From the NCBI GenBank assembly GCA_016195615.1, contig JACPZF010000015.1:1-53651 (forward strand): DNA of 53,651 nt, given 5' to 3'. This document shows positions 39,452 to 48,510 of this stretch, in pieces. The position numbers and the translations under genes were made by a program. Under the pieces are notes generated by a model. It ran no database searches. It had not been told where the DNA came from and worked only from the letters and a program-made list of their open reading frames with translations. This stretch comes from Candidatus Gottesmanbacteria bacterium. GTDB lineage: Bacteria > Patescibacteriota > Microgenomatia > JACPZF01. Within the stretch, counting starts at the first letter, position 1. Each line of letters opens with the position of its first letter.

Positions 39452-40437
39452 AAGGTTGGGCGATACAGAGCGCCGCGGCTTGTACCTAATTTTATAAGGA
39501 AACCTTCCTTAAGCAATTGACTTACATCATAATGAAGCGTGCTTTTAGGAATTTTTTGAAAACGGCGTTTGAGAAAATCAAAAGAAACAATTTGGTGATT
39601 TCTGACGATCTCTAAAATTTCCCGTCGCCTGGGAAGAAGCCAGTCCTCTACGGTTTCGGTTTTGGCATTTTTAAGTTTTTCCATGGTCTTATCAGTTTGG
39701 AATTGTAATCCCTCTAAAAAAAATTCCACAAATTCGGTGACGTCTTTTTTATTTAGAGCCAAAAGATCATAGTAAGTTTGCCTTTTTGATTCTAAATATT
39801 CTTCTAAAGATACTAGTCCGCGAAAACCAAACCCGGAATTTTTTAAAATTAAAGTGGCCAAAAGTCTTCCGGTCCGACCGTTTCCGTCTAAAAAGGGATG
39901 AATTTTTTCAAAGGCAAAATGGTAAGTGGCGGCGTTCACCGGACCCTCATCTTCTGAAGAATTTATTTTTGCTACCAAGGTTTTGATTAAGGAAGGTATC
40001 TTTGACGCCGGAGGTGTAAGATAAACTGCAACTTGGGCCTGACTAAAAATCGCGGAAGGTTCGCGGCGCCACTCTCCCGCTTCGGGGGAAAGATTGGCCA
40101 AAACATACCCATGCAGTTTAAGAATTGTCGAATAAGACAATTTTTTTGGTGCCTTGGAATAGACCCAAGTAAGGCCTTTCAGAACGTTGGCCACTTCAAT
40201 TTTAGCGATATTTTTGGCGTTCCTTTGTAAAGAGATAAAACTTAAGTCTTCCAGACGCAATTTGTTGCCCTCAATCCGGGCAGAAAAAAGCGAGCTTTTA
40301 AGAAGTGACTCGCGCCGGAGATTCTCTTCAAGATGAGGCGATGACGGCAGCAAAGCGATAACCCTAGCCATAACTTTCAGCTCTTCCATGGCTTTGGCGA
40401 TGACCTTTGTGCGGCGGTAGTAGTAATCCAATTTCAT
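39433..40437 (-). CDS. Fic-family protein (AMPylase-type) with C-terminal wHTH-like region
   Basis: Fic motif HPFLDGNGRTGRLL. Antisense to the pilus genes, with a convergent 19-nt overlap on the pilin gene 3' end. Confidence 0.85.
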   Translation of the reverse strand: MKLDYYYRRTKVIAKAMEELKVMARVIALLPSSPHLEENLRRESLLKSSLFSARIEGNKLRLEDLSFISLQRNAKNIAKIEVANVLKGLTWVYSKAPKKLSYSTILKLHGYVLANLSPEAGEWRREPSAIFSQAQVAVYLTPPASKIPSLIKTLVAKINSSEDEGPVNAATYHFAFEKIHPFLDGNGRTGRLLATLILKNSGFGFRGLVSLEEYLESKRQTYYDLLALNKKDVTEFVEFFLEGLQFQTDKTMEKLKNAKTETVEDWLLPRRREILEIVRNHQIVSFDFLKRRFQKIPKSTLHYDVSQLLKEGFLIKLGTSRGALYRPTFYGRQT

Positions 40438-40520
40438 ATTAAATAATCTTAGAAGATATTAGAAGTTATTGCAAGATATTGAAGGATTTTTAGAGTCGTC
40501 TCTGTTATAATTCTTTCGTT

Positions 40521-41966
40521 ATGCTCTATCGTTTAGTTGATTTGGTTTTGGCCAAAAAAAATCTGGCGTTTTTTTTAATTCTTTTCATGCTGGGTTTGTT
40601 TGTGGTCTTCCCGACTTACGACCCGGATTTGGGCTGGCATATCGCTTACGGCAATTATTTTTGGCAAAACCATAAACTATTAACAAGCGATATTTTTTCC
40701 TGGACCCTAGCTGATTTTAAGTGGTTTAGCATTTCCTGGCCTTATGATCTTTTAGTAAGTTTGGTTTTTCCTAAAGGAGAATTTTTGGCCTTGTCATTAA
40801 TCGCGGTGGCAGTAATTCTTCTGACTTTTTGCTTTCTCGTCAAACCTTTTAAACTTTCCTTTTTTTGGTTAGTAATGGCATCGTTAGTATTTATTTTTTT
40901 TGTCCAACCACTAGCCAGCCCGGGTTTTAGAGTTCAGCTTTTTGAACTGCTTTTTTTAGCCGTAGCGACAAGTCTTATTTGGTCGTATGAAAAAGGTCAA
41001 AAAGTAGTAGTTTGGTACTTTCCTCTTTTAATGATCGGTTGGATCAATCTTCATGGCTCATTTATCATGGGACTCTTTTTAATCGGTTCTTACGTAGTTG
41101 TTAAAAACTTAAGTTCAACGTTAAACGCGCAGCAAAAAATAGTTTTAAATTTAATTTTACTACTTACTATTCTAGCTGTTTTTATCAATCCTTACGGTCT
41201 GGCGCTTTTTAAACAAATTGTAAATTATGCCCCCATTTTGCGAACTACCGGCGTTAATGAATGGCAGCCGGAAAGCATTTTTTCCGATAAGTGGCTGATG
41301 CTTTTAGTCTGGACGGCCCTCCTCATCGTTATCGTTTTAAAAAACCGCCGCGATCATTTTGGTTTGTATCAAGCTGTTATCGTTTTGCTATTTGCTTTTT
41401 TAGGTTTTAATTCGAGAAGAATGATCACGCCGTATGTGGTTGTTTCTTTACCCCTGGTATTAAATTTTATTCATGGTCTAAATTTTAAAATAAGCAAAAA
41501 AGCAAATTTGATGGCTTTAGTAATTATCATGAGTGCTATCGTCAATGGACTTTTTAATCGACTTCCCTCTTTGCATTTTTTAAAGACCAATCTTAATGAA
41601 TACTGCCAAATTGGACTGCATTGTTCTCCGGAAGCGATGAGCTTTATTAAAAAAAATCCTTTACCGAAAAAAAGTCTAACTTTTTATAACTGGGGCGGTT
41701 ATTTAATTTGGCAAACGGAAAGTCGCGTTTTTGTCGACGGCCGGATGGACCAATGGGAAAAAGAGGGTTTTAGTGCTTTTAGCGATCACGAAAAGATTTT
41801 GCAAAAAGACGATTTAGATCTTTTTAATAAATATAATTTCGACGCCGTCTATATCCCACCTACTTTTCGTTTGGCAGCGTATCTAGAAAAACAAACAGAG
41901 CAAGGGAAATGGGCTAAGGTTTTTGGCGATGATCGCGCGGTCATTTTTGAGAAAAAAAAGTTATGA
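40521..41966 (+). CDS. polytopic membrane protein, GT-C-like glycosyltransferase candidate
   Basis: About 11 TM segments, an acidic motif in the first extracytoplasmic loop (YDPDLGWH) and a soluble C-terminal domain (YNWGGYLIW..FVDGRMDQW). The family assignment is tentative. Confidence 0.4.
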   Translation: MLYRLVDLVLAKKNLAFFLILFMLGLFVVFPTYDPDLGWHIAYGNYFWQNHKLLTSDIFSWTLADFKWFSISWPYDLLVSLVFPKGEFLALSLIAVAVILLTFCFLVKPFKLSFFWLVMASLVFIFFVQPLASPGFRVQLFELLFLAVATSLIWSYEKGQKVVVWYFPLLMIGWINLHGSFIMGLFLIGSYVVVKNLSSTLNAQQKIVLNLILLLTILAVFINPYGLALFKQIVNYAPILRTTGVNEWQPESIFSDKWLMLLVWTALLIVIVLKNRRDHFGLYQAVIVLLFAFLGFNSRRMITPYVVVSLPLVLNFIHGLNFKISKKANLMALVIIMSAIVNGLFNRLPSLHFLKTNLNEYCQIGLHCSPEAMSFIKKNPLPKKSLTFYNWGGYLIWQTESRVFVDGRMDQWEKEGFSAFSDHEKILQKDDLDLFNKYNFDAVYIPPTFRLAAYLEKQTEQGKWAKVFGDDRAVIFEKKKL

Positions 41967-43519
41967 AAAAAACTATTTTACTAGCGATCGCGGTTTACTT
42001 AATAAGCAGTATCGGCCTACTTTATGGTTATCTCCACACGCCTTCCGGGATGATTTTTTTAGGCGGGCATTTGCCCAATTCCGGTGAAATCCTAAATATG
42101 GTTTTACCGCAGCTTCGGGAAGGACATTTGTTAATTAAAAACCTCTTTACCTCTGAACCGCAGCCCAGAATTTTTTTTGCTCCTTCTTATTTACCAATGG
42201 CGTTACTGGGTCAAATTTTGCCTGTCAATAATTTTCTCCTTGTACAGTTAGGACGTTTTTTTTACACGATCTTATTTTTTATTATTGCTTTTAAATTTTT
42301 TAAACTCCTTAAACTTAAAAATATATTTTGGGCGTTTTTGCTTTTAGGTTTTTCCTCGGGGTTTGGCCTTTTTTTAAAATGGGGAATTCCTAATTCGGCG
42401 GATTTATGGATTCCTGAGATCAACACTTTTCATAGTCTTCTTTTTTCTCCCAATATTATTTTTAGCCAAATACTGATGATGTTGTCGCTTATGACTTTTT
42501 TTAAAGGGTATACCTTACAAAAATGGAAATACTTTTTGCTTTCAGGAGCGTTTGCTACTCTTTTAGCGTTTGAACACCAGTTTGACGCCGTAACCGTACT
42601 CCTTACTATTTTGATATTTCTTCTTTTGACCGAAACAAAATTTAAAATTTGGCTTAAAAAAATATTCTCGCTTTGGTCGATTTTTTTCGGACCAATACTC
42701 GTCTTTGGGCTTTATTATTTTCTGATTAAACAAAACTGGTCATCATTGATTTGGACTAACCAAAACCATCTTTACTCCCCACCTCTACTCTCCTACATTT
42801 CGGGATTTGGTCTAATTGGCATCGGTGCTTTTTTGGCAATTATTAAATCTAAGAACAAAAAAAATTCTTCTTATCATCTTATTTTGTCCTGGCTGATAGC
42901 CGTAATAATTGTTATTTATAGTCCTTTGCCTTTTCAAAGAAGATTTGGCGAAGGAATGCATATTCCTCTGGTCATACTAAGTTCTTACTATCTTTGGGAA
43001 TTAGTCCAAAAGTTAAAAAAAATTCCTTTTCGGCTTGGCCTTTTTTTCCTGCTGCTATTTTCAGCAGCAACCAATTTTTATTTGCTTTATCTTGATATCA
43101 AAGCCTACCAACTAAGTCCCAATGAATCACCATTTTATATTTATCAGGAAGACCTAACGGCTCTTTCGTGGTTAAGAAATAACTCCAGCGACAAAGATGT
43201 TATTTTAGCCGATGGGCTCTACAGTCCTCTGATTCCGGGATTAATAGGACGTACGGTTTATTTCGGCCATTCGGTCGGGACTGCACTGACGATTGATCCG
43301 GAAAAAAAGACCGAGCAGGCGAAGAATTTTTTCTTTTATGATTCGGACGAAAAACGTCAGAAATTTTTGGAAAATAATAAAATAACTTTTTTCTTTTTGG
43401 GGAAAAAGGCAGCCGCCGCGGAAGATTTTTCCCTCTGGGAGGGGAAAGATTATTTTAGAAAAGTTTTCGAAAGACAAGACGTTAAAGTTTTTAAGGTAAA
43501 AAATTCTTTGATAATTTGA
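41963..43519 (+). CDS. polytopic membrane protein, ArnT/PMT-like (GT-C) candidate
   Basis: About 12 TM segments plus a C-terminal soluble domain, coupled to the preceding gene by a 4-nt overlap. The family assignment is tentative. Confidence 0.35.
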   Translation: MKKTILLAIAVYLISSIGLLYGYLHTPSGMIFLGGHLPNSGEILNMVLPQLREGHLLIKNLFTSEPQPRIFFAPSYLPMALLGQILPVNNFLLVQLGRFFYTILFFIIAFKFFKLLKLKNIFWAFLLLGFSSGFGLFLKWGIPNSADLWIPEINTFHSLLFSPNIIFSQILMMLSLMTFFKGYTLQKWKYFLLSGAFATLLAFEHQFDAVTVLLTILIFLLLTETKFKIWLKKIFSLWSIFFGPILVFGLYYFLIKQNWSSLIWTNQNHLYSPPLLSYISGFGLIGIGAFLAIIKSKNKKNSSYHLILSWLIAVIIVIYSPLPFQRRFGEGMHIPLVILSSYYLWELVQKLKKIPFRLGLFFLLLFSAATNFYLLYLDIKAYQLSPNESPFYIYQEDLTALSWLRNNSSDKDVILADGLYSPLIPGLIGRTVYFGHSVGTALTIDPEKKTEQAKNFFFYDSDEKRQKFLENNKITFFFLGKKAAAAEDFSLWEGKDYFRKVFERQDVKVFKVKNSLII

Positions 43520-43557
43520 TTGAAAAAATACATCTTTAATGCTAGTATTACTATAGC

Positions 43558-44073
43558 ATGCGTAAATCTGCCTTTACCCTTATCGAACTAATGATTGCCG
43601 TAACCATTGTTGCCATAATTGCTGGAATTTTTGCCTTAAATGTGTCTGGAAATTTAGCTAAGGCCCGAGATGCAAAAAGGAAAAGTGATTTAAGAGCTCT
43701 TAAAACTTCCCTAGATCTTTATTACAATGTTAACAACCTCTACCCTCCTTCGGAATCGAGTTGGCCGCCTTTTTCCGGGGATAATCGCATTAAAGGCTGT
43801 GGGGCTTTAACTACACCTCTTAATTGCAATTGGGGAACGCCATGGGTTCAGGATGGAGTAACCTATATGGGAGTCTTACCTAAAGATCCTCAATCGCAAT
43901 GGTCCTACTATTATCTACGTGCGCCGCAAGGCCGCTTAAGTTATATTATGGTGGCTAAATTGGAAAGAGGTTTTGATCCGGATACTGCCGCGTCGCAAAG
44001 CAATTGTCAGGATACGACTTATGGTTTTGTCTATTCTGACCCATCGTGGTATGTGGTGTGTGATGCGAGGTAG
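43558..44073 (+). CDS. prepilin-type N-terminal cleavage/methylation domain protein (pilin)
   Basis: MRKSA|FTLIELMIAVTIVAIIAG. Extended -10 TGcTAGTAT lies 9 nt upstream of the ATG. Confidence 0.8.
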   Translation: MRKSAFTLIELMIAVTIVAIIAGIFALNVSGNLAKARDAKRKSDLRALKTSLDLYYNVNNLYPPSESSWPPFSGDNRIKGCGALTTPLNCNWGTPWVQDGVTYMGVLPKDPQSQWSYYYLRAPQGRLSYIMVAKLERGFDPDTAASQSNCQDTTYGFVYSDPSWYVVCDAR

Positions 44074-44078
44074 ATAAT

Positions 44079-44537
44079 ATGAAAAGTAAGGCATTTTCGT
44101 TAATTGAACTGTTGGTAGTTATCTCAATTATGGCTATCTTAGGTAGTTTAGCTCTCAGTGCTTTTTCTACCGCCAGAAAAGAAGCACGCGATACGCAAAG
44201 AAAAAATGAATTAACCCAGTATAAAACGGCTCTCGAGTCCTATTATGTTTCCAACAGTACCTACCCTGTTTATTCCGGCAGTCCGGCGATTTCCAATCAG
44301 TTTCAAGGTATTTTTGATCAAAACAGCTCTTTTATTCAAATCTATATGGCCGGAACGACTTTGCAGGGGGTAAACGCCGCTGATAATTACGTTTATTACT
44401 ATTTAAGCGACGGTGTCAAATATAAACTTTGGGGCAAAATTGAATTAAACGATTATTTTGAAATTTGCTCCAATGGTAAAAGCGGAGCGTTAAAATCGAT
44501 AAATTTAAATCTATCCAGTGTTGCTTGCGACTTATGA
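44079..44537 (+). CDS. pilin-like protein
   Basis: MKSKA|FSLIELLVVISIMAILG. Confidence 0.8.
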   Translation: MKSKAFSLIELLVVISIMAILGSLALSAFSTARKEARDTQRKNELTQYKTALESYYVSNSTYPVYSGSPAISNQFQGIFDQNSSFIQIYMAGTTLQGVNAADNYVYYYLSDGVKYKLWGKIELNDYFEICSNGKSGALKSINLNLSSVACDL

Positions 44538-44998
44538 TAAGAAAAAAACGGGGATATACGCTTTTAGAAATTTTAATGGTGATGGGAATAATTGGCATTC
44601 TTCTTGCAGTATCTGCATCGGCTTTTTTGTCAGCTCGATTAACGGCCAGAGACGCCCGAAGAAAAACTGATTTGGAGCAGATAAGAGGTGCAATAGAAAC
44701 ATATAAGGCAGACAAAAATGTCTATCCCGGATCTCAAAGCGTGCCTACTCAAAGCAGTGGCAATGTCAGTTCTCTCGCCACCTTTCTGGTTAGCGGTTCT
44801 AATCAGTATATTTCCGCCATACCCTCGGATCCGATTTCAACCATGCAATATTATTACATTCCTACAGCCACCGGCTATTATTTATGCGCCTCACTGGAAG
44901 GCCTCCCGAATACTGCCTCGACTAATTGCGGCAGCGGTGATTGTGGTGTCAGCAGCAATTTGGCGAAAGTCTGCAATTATGAAGTCAAAAATCCCTAA
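44525..44998 (+). CDS. pilin-like protein
   Basis: ..KKRG|YTLLEILMVMGIIGILLA. Confidence 0.8.
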   Translation: MRLMIRKKRGYTLLEILMVMGIIGILLAVSASAFLSARLTARDARRKTDLEQIRGAIETYKADKNVYPGSQSVPTQSSGNVSSLATFLVSGSNQYISAIPSDPISTMQYYYIPTATGYYLCASLEGLPNTASTNCGSGDCGVSSNLAKVCNYEVKNP

Positions 44999-45584
44999 GT
45001 TTTGGCATTTTGGATTTACCTTAATCGAATTATTAGTGGTTTTTTCTTTGGCGGTAATTTTTGCCGTCGTTACGATTCCGTCTTATATTAATTTTAATAG
45101 AGAACAAGAGGTTAAGCAGTCAGCTTTGTTTCTTAAATCGCAAATAAGAAAGGCGCAAAATAGCAGTTTATCCGGTGAAAAATCTACTACCAGTTGTACT
45201 CAAAGCGATGTTTTGACGGGTTTTTTTGTCGAGCTGGCAGTAAACCAAAAAAGCTTCGTCTATGGCGGCCGCTGCGGCGATATTGATTTTAACAAAACCA
45301 CGCTTAAATTGCCTTCCTCCAATACTAAAATATCGGGTTTTTACGACGCTACATCTTTGCCTACGCCTCCCTGCAGTGCTTTTACTCCCGGCAATGGTTC
45401 TCTACGATTAAATTACCGCCCCGTCGCTAAAGGGATTGATTTTTACGATTGGAATAGCGCCATCGCTAGCGGCTCCAATCTAAATTACGGTAAAATCGCC
45501 ATTAAGATATCCGATGCCAACGCCAACGATTATTTTATTATCATTAGCTCTGGTGGAGAAATTTATGACACGGCAAGCTGTTAA
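44979..45584 (+). CDS. minor pilin-like protein
   Basis: Starts at ATG 44979 (MKSKIPKFWHFG|FTLIELLVVFSLAVIF). The track start 44718 is an out-of-frame overlap with the preceding pilin gene. Confidence 0.7.
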   Translation: MKSKIPKFWHFGFTLIELLVVFSLAVIFAVVTIPSYINFNREQEVKQSALFLKSQIRKAQNSSLSGEKSTTSCTQSDVLTGFFVELAVNQKSFVYGGRCGDIDFNKTTLKLPSSNTKISGFYDATSLPTPPCSAFTPGNGSLRLNYRPVAKGIDFYDWNSAIASGSNLNYGKIAIKISDANANDYFIIISSGGEIYDTASC

Positions 45585-46020
45585 AAAGAAACCTGGTCAA
45601 AGCATGATCGAAACCCTAATCGCTTTGGGAATTGGGGTTTTAATTATTGTGGCGCTGGTCCAAAGCATTGTCACGAGCATTAAAAATTCCCAGTTTGCCA
45701 AAAATCAGACGCTCGCGACCAGATTTAGCCAAGAAGGAATAGAAATTATAAGAAGTGTGCGCGACAGACTAGGCTGGCCAAGCTTTTATAATAGTTATAA
45801 CACTAAGACCAAATGTTTAGGCTCCAACGATTATACAACTTGGGGCGATACTCTTCCCTGTACGATAAATACCGGCGACATCTTTTCCCGACAGGCAAGT
45901 TTTTCTGATCCCAGCGGATCGGGCAATCAAATCTTAGTCAATGTTACTACTGCTTGGACCGATACGACAGGAAGTCACAAATCCGAACAACAGACGTACT
46001 TAACAAAATGGCAGCAATAA
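45565..46020 (+). CDS. minor pilin-like protein (PilV-like)
   Basis: ATG 45565 follows SD ggtggag (MTRQAVKKKPGQS|MIETLIALGIGVLII). Confidence 0.7.
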   Translation: MTRQAVKKKPGQSMIETLIALGIGVLIIVALVQSIVTSIKNSQFAKNQTLATRFSQEGIEIIRSVRDRLGWPSFYNSYNTKTKCLGSNDYTTWGDTLPCTINTGDIFSRQASFSDPSGSGNQILVNVTTAWTDTTGSHKSEQQTYLTKWQQ

Positions 46021-46023
46021 AAT

Positions 46024-46638
46024 ATGTCGATACGAGTTTTGCACTTAAATATGTTACTTTGCTCTAATCGTCATTCTGGTAAGCGAAGCGCATCCAGAAT
46101 CAGATTCTGGACAAGCCAGAATGACAGTAGAAAAGCCCCAGGTTACACTTTAATCGAAATTTTAATTGTTTTTAGTATCATCGGCTTGGTTTCGGTTTTT
46201 GGTTTGAATTTTTTAACAACAATTCTTCGGGGTAATTCCAAAACTGCCGTCACCACGGAAATAAAACAAAACGGCAATTACGCGCTCGATATTATCAGCT
46301 ACTTCATTAGAAACGCCCTAAGTATTGATAATTGCTCAGCGTCTTCGCTTTCACTTCGGCAATGGGATAATTCCATCGTAACTTTTTTGCTCCTTCCCCA
46401 GGTGGATGCAGTATCAAGCAGATTAAACGCCAGAATAGCGAGCAATTCCTCGGTTTTAACTAACGCCGACGCGACTAACGGCGTTAGCGTGTCGGGTTTA
46501 AGTTTTACTTGCACGAACACCTCTCCTCCCGTTGTCTCGATTGGTTTTCAAGTTAGCCAGTCAGCTTTTTTGCCCGATCGACCGGAACTAAAAGGCATGG
46601 TCAATTTTCAAACCAGCGTGTCTTTACGGACCTATTAA
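46024..46638 (+). CDS. minor pilin-like protein whose leader peptide is encoded by a MITE copy
   Basis: Prepilin motif ..KAPG|YTLIEILIVFSIIGLV. No start codon lies between the repeat element and the motif, so translation must begin at 46024 or 46051 and read through the element. Confidence 0.65.
   Translation: MSIRVLHLNMLLCSNRHSGKRSASRIRFWTSQNDSRKAPGYTLIEILIVFSIIGLVSVFGLNFLTTILRGNSKTAVTTEIKQNGNYALDIISYFIRNALSIDNCSASSLSLRQWDNSIVTFLLLPQVDAVSSRLNARIASNSSVLTNADATNGVSVSGLSFTCTNTSPPVVSIGFQVSQSAFLPDRPELKGMVNFQTSVSLRTY
46069..46125. repeat. nested-palindrome MITE-like element, shortest copy
   Basis: CGTCATTCTGGtaagcgaagcgcATCCAGAATCaGATTCTGGAcaagCCAGAATGAC, 57 nt or exactly 19 codons. Confidence 0.8.
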
Positions 46639-46672
46639 ACATTGATTTTATTTTAGATACTTTATAGAATAA

Positions 46673-47587
46673 ATTGAGGGAGTAAATCTGTCAAAAAAAC
46701 AAAACGGTCAAGTTATTATTATTATTCTTCTAATTTTAGTCGTAGTGCTTACGGTGGGTCTGTCAATTGCTACGAGAACCGTAACTGACATCAAACTGGC
46801 CCAGCAAACAGAACTTTCCAGTCGGGCCTTTAATGCCGCAGAAGCAGGAATAGAATCAGTTCTTTCGGGCCAAAGTCCGATCGGCTCGGTTACGGTCGGT
46901 TTGGGGGGAAATACTTCCACTTACAATGTCACGGTGCAAACAGTTGGTGGATCAAGCGGTCAAGCGTTTGTATTTAATAAAGCCATCGGCAAGGATGACA
47001 CTCAGCAAATCTGGTTTATTGGTCATAATACAGATAACAGTTTAAATTTAAACGATCCGAAGAATTTTAACGCTAGTAGTCTTTGGGTTTTTTGGGGTAA
47101 TACCGGACAGCCGGCGGGAAATACGTCTCCACCAATTACTCCCGCCCTGGAGGCAACTGCCATCTATAAGGATGCTTCGGGTTTTAAGTTGGCCAGAGCT
47201 GTTTATGATCCCAACGCCAGCCGCGCCGCCAGCAATAATTTTATTTCCTCTGGTATTGAAAGTGGCGGCGGTTATACCAACAGTAAAATTCAGTTTCGAA
47301 GACAGATTGATTTATCAACTTCCCCGTTTTCCATTAGCGGTATTGGTACGACGAGTACCCTCTATGCATTACGATTGCGCTTATTATATAACGATTCACC
47401 GCAGCTTCTTGGAGCGCAACCATACGGAGTCAACGATACTTTTCCAGTACAAGGCCGTTTGATTTCCTCAACCGGCAGTTCAGGTGATGTTTTTCGGAAA
47501 GTTGAAGTTTTGGAGTCATTTCCGGCGCTTCCTCCTATTTTTGACTACGTTTTATTCAACGGGTCGTCAAATTCACTTTCAAAATGA
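46673..47587 (+). CDS. PilX-like minor pilin / pilus-associated protein (non-canonical start likely)
   Basis: The frame is open from 46673 and encodes ..KKQNGQVIIIILLILVVVLTVGLSIATR.. (PilX-type N-terminal helix). SD gagggag lies at 46676-46682. The only in-frame candidates before the helix are ATT 46673 and CTG 46688, and the track GTG 46745 would truncate the helix. Confidence 0.55.
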   Translation: MEGVNLSKKQNGQVIIIILLILVVVLTVGLSIATRTVTDIKLAQQTELSSRAFNAAEAGIESVLSGQSPIGSVTVGLGGNTSTYNVTVQTVGGSSGQAFVFNKAIGKDDTQQIWFIGHNTDNSLNLNDPKNFNASSLWVFWGNTGQPAGNTSPPITPALEATAIYKDASGFKLARAVYDPNASRAASNNFISSGIESGGGYTNSKIQFRRQIDLSTSPFSISGIGTTSTLYALRLRLLYNDSPQLLGAQPYGVNDTFPVQGRLISSTGSSGDVFRKVEVLESFPALPPIFDYVLFNGSSNSLSK

Positions 47588-47688
47588 AAAATGAGAATAA
47601 AATTCTTCTTGCCATTATTGGTATATCGGCAATAATTGTTCCCCTAATACTTTGGTTTTTTTCAAGTGTCTTTAATAGCCCCCATTAA
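47584..47688 (+). CDS. unannotated 34-aa single-pass membrane peptide
   Basis: ATGA start/stop overlap with the preceding gene. It encodes MKNENKILLAIIGISAIIVPLILWFFSSVFNSPH with TAA at 47686-47688, below the ORF-track cut-off. Confidence 0.4.
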   Translation: MKNENKILLAIIGISAIIVPLILWFFSSVFNSPH

Positions 47689-47694
47689 GTTCTT

Positions 47695-48510
47695 ATGAAA
47701 GCTGAAAAAATAATCATCGCCATCTTGGCTGTTTTAATACTAACGCTGGATTTTTTCGGCTCCTTTTATTTTATAGCCGGGATTAAGCCAAGCGACTTAA
47801 TAGCGAGAATTAATCCTCAACAAGTCGTCAATAAGCTTTTAATAAACCCTCACCTATCTGACGATAAGGTTACAGAAACAGAAACAAATAGCGGCTCAAA
47901 CCTACAATTGATAAGCGATGATTTAATAAAAGATAAGATGATTCCCGTTATTAATTCGCGGAAATTATCGCTAAAATTAAGAAGCAGTCAGGAGTACTTA
48001 AATCTTACTCCCAAAGTTAAGATTAAGGCCCCGGATTTTAAAAACGAAAGGATATATTGGGAGAGAGATTTTGATTTAGTAAGTGTTAAAGGAAACAATA
48101 ATAATTTGTACGAGTTCGATATCAGTGATTTTTTTCAGAAAGGCACGTTTCTTTTGGATATAAATTTTTATGACGAAAAAGGAACTAGCGTTTTTTCGCT
48201 TTTGGATCAGGAAGTAATTTTGGGACCAAGAGCAAAAATTACCAATGCGACGGTTAAAACTTTAAATAATAAAGATTTTGTTTTAAATGTTTCCGTGGAT
48301 GATGAACAGCTCCCGCCGGATCCGAGTTGGGAAATAATCGCCGTGGTTTGCAGCAAAGATCAATGTGCGTTTGCCAAAAAAGATCTGGCAGAAGGATGGC
48401 CAAAAGAGCTGAAGCTTGATAGGAAAATAGAAGGTAGAAATTTGACTATTACTTTAATTATCAAGGCCAAGGAGTTAAAAGGCTATGTTAACTCTTATAT
48501 CAGTCATTAA
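47695..48510 (+). CDS. membrane-anchored hypothetical protein of the pilus locus
   Basis: N-terminal TM segment (IIIAILAVLILTLDFFGSFYFIA) and a beta-rich ectodomain. No family recognised. Confidence 0.55.
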   Translation: MKAEKIIIAILAVLILTLDFFGSFYFIAGIKPSDLIARINPQQVVNKLLINPHLSDDKVTETETNSGSNLQLISDDLIKDKMIPVINSRKLSLKLRSSQEYLNLTPKVKIKAPDFKNERIYWERDFDLVSVKGNNNNLYEFDISDFFQKGTFLLDINFYDEKGTSVFSLLDQEVILGPRAKITNATVKTLNNKDFVLNVSVDDEQLPPDPSWEIIAVVCSKDQCAFAKKDLAEGWPKELKLDRKIEGRNLTITLIIKAKELKGYVNSYISH

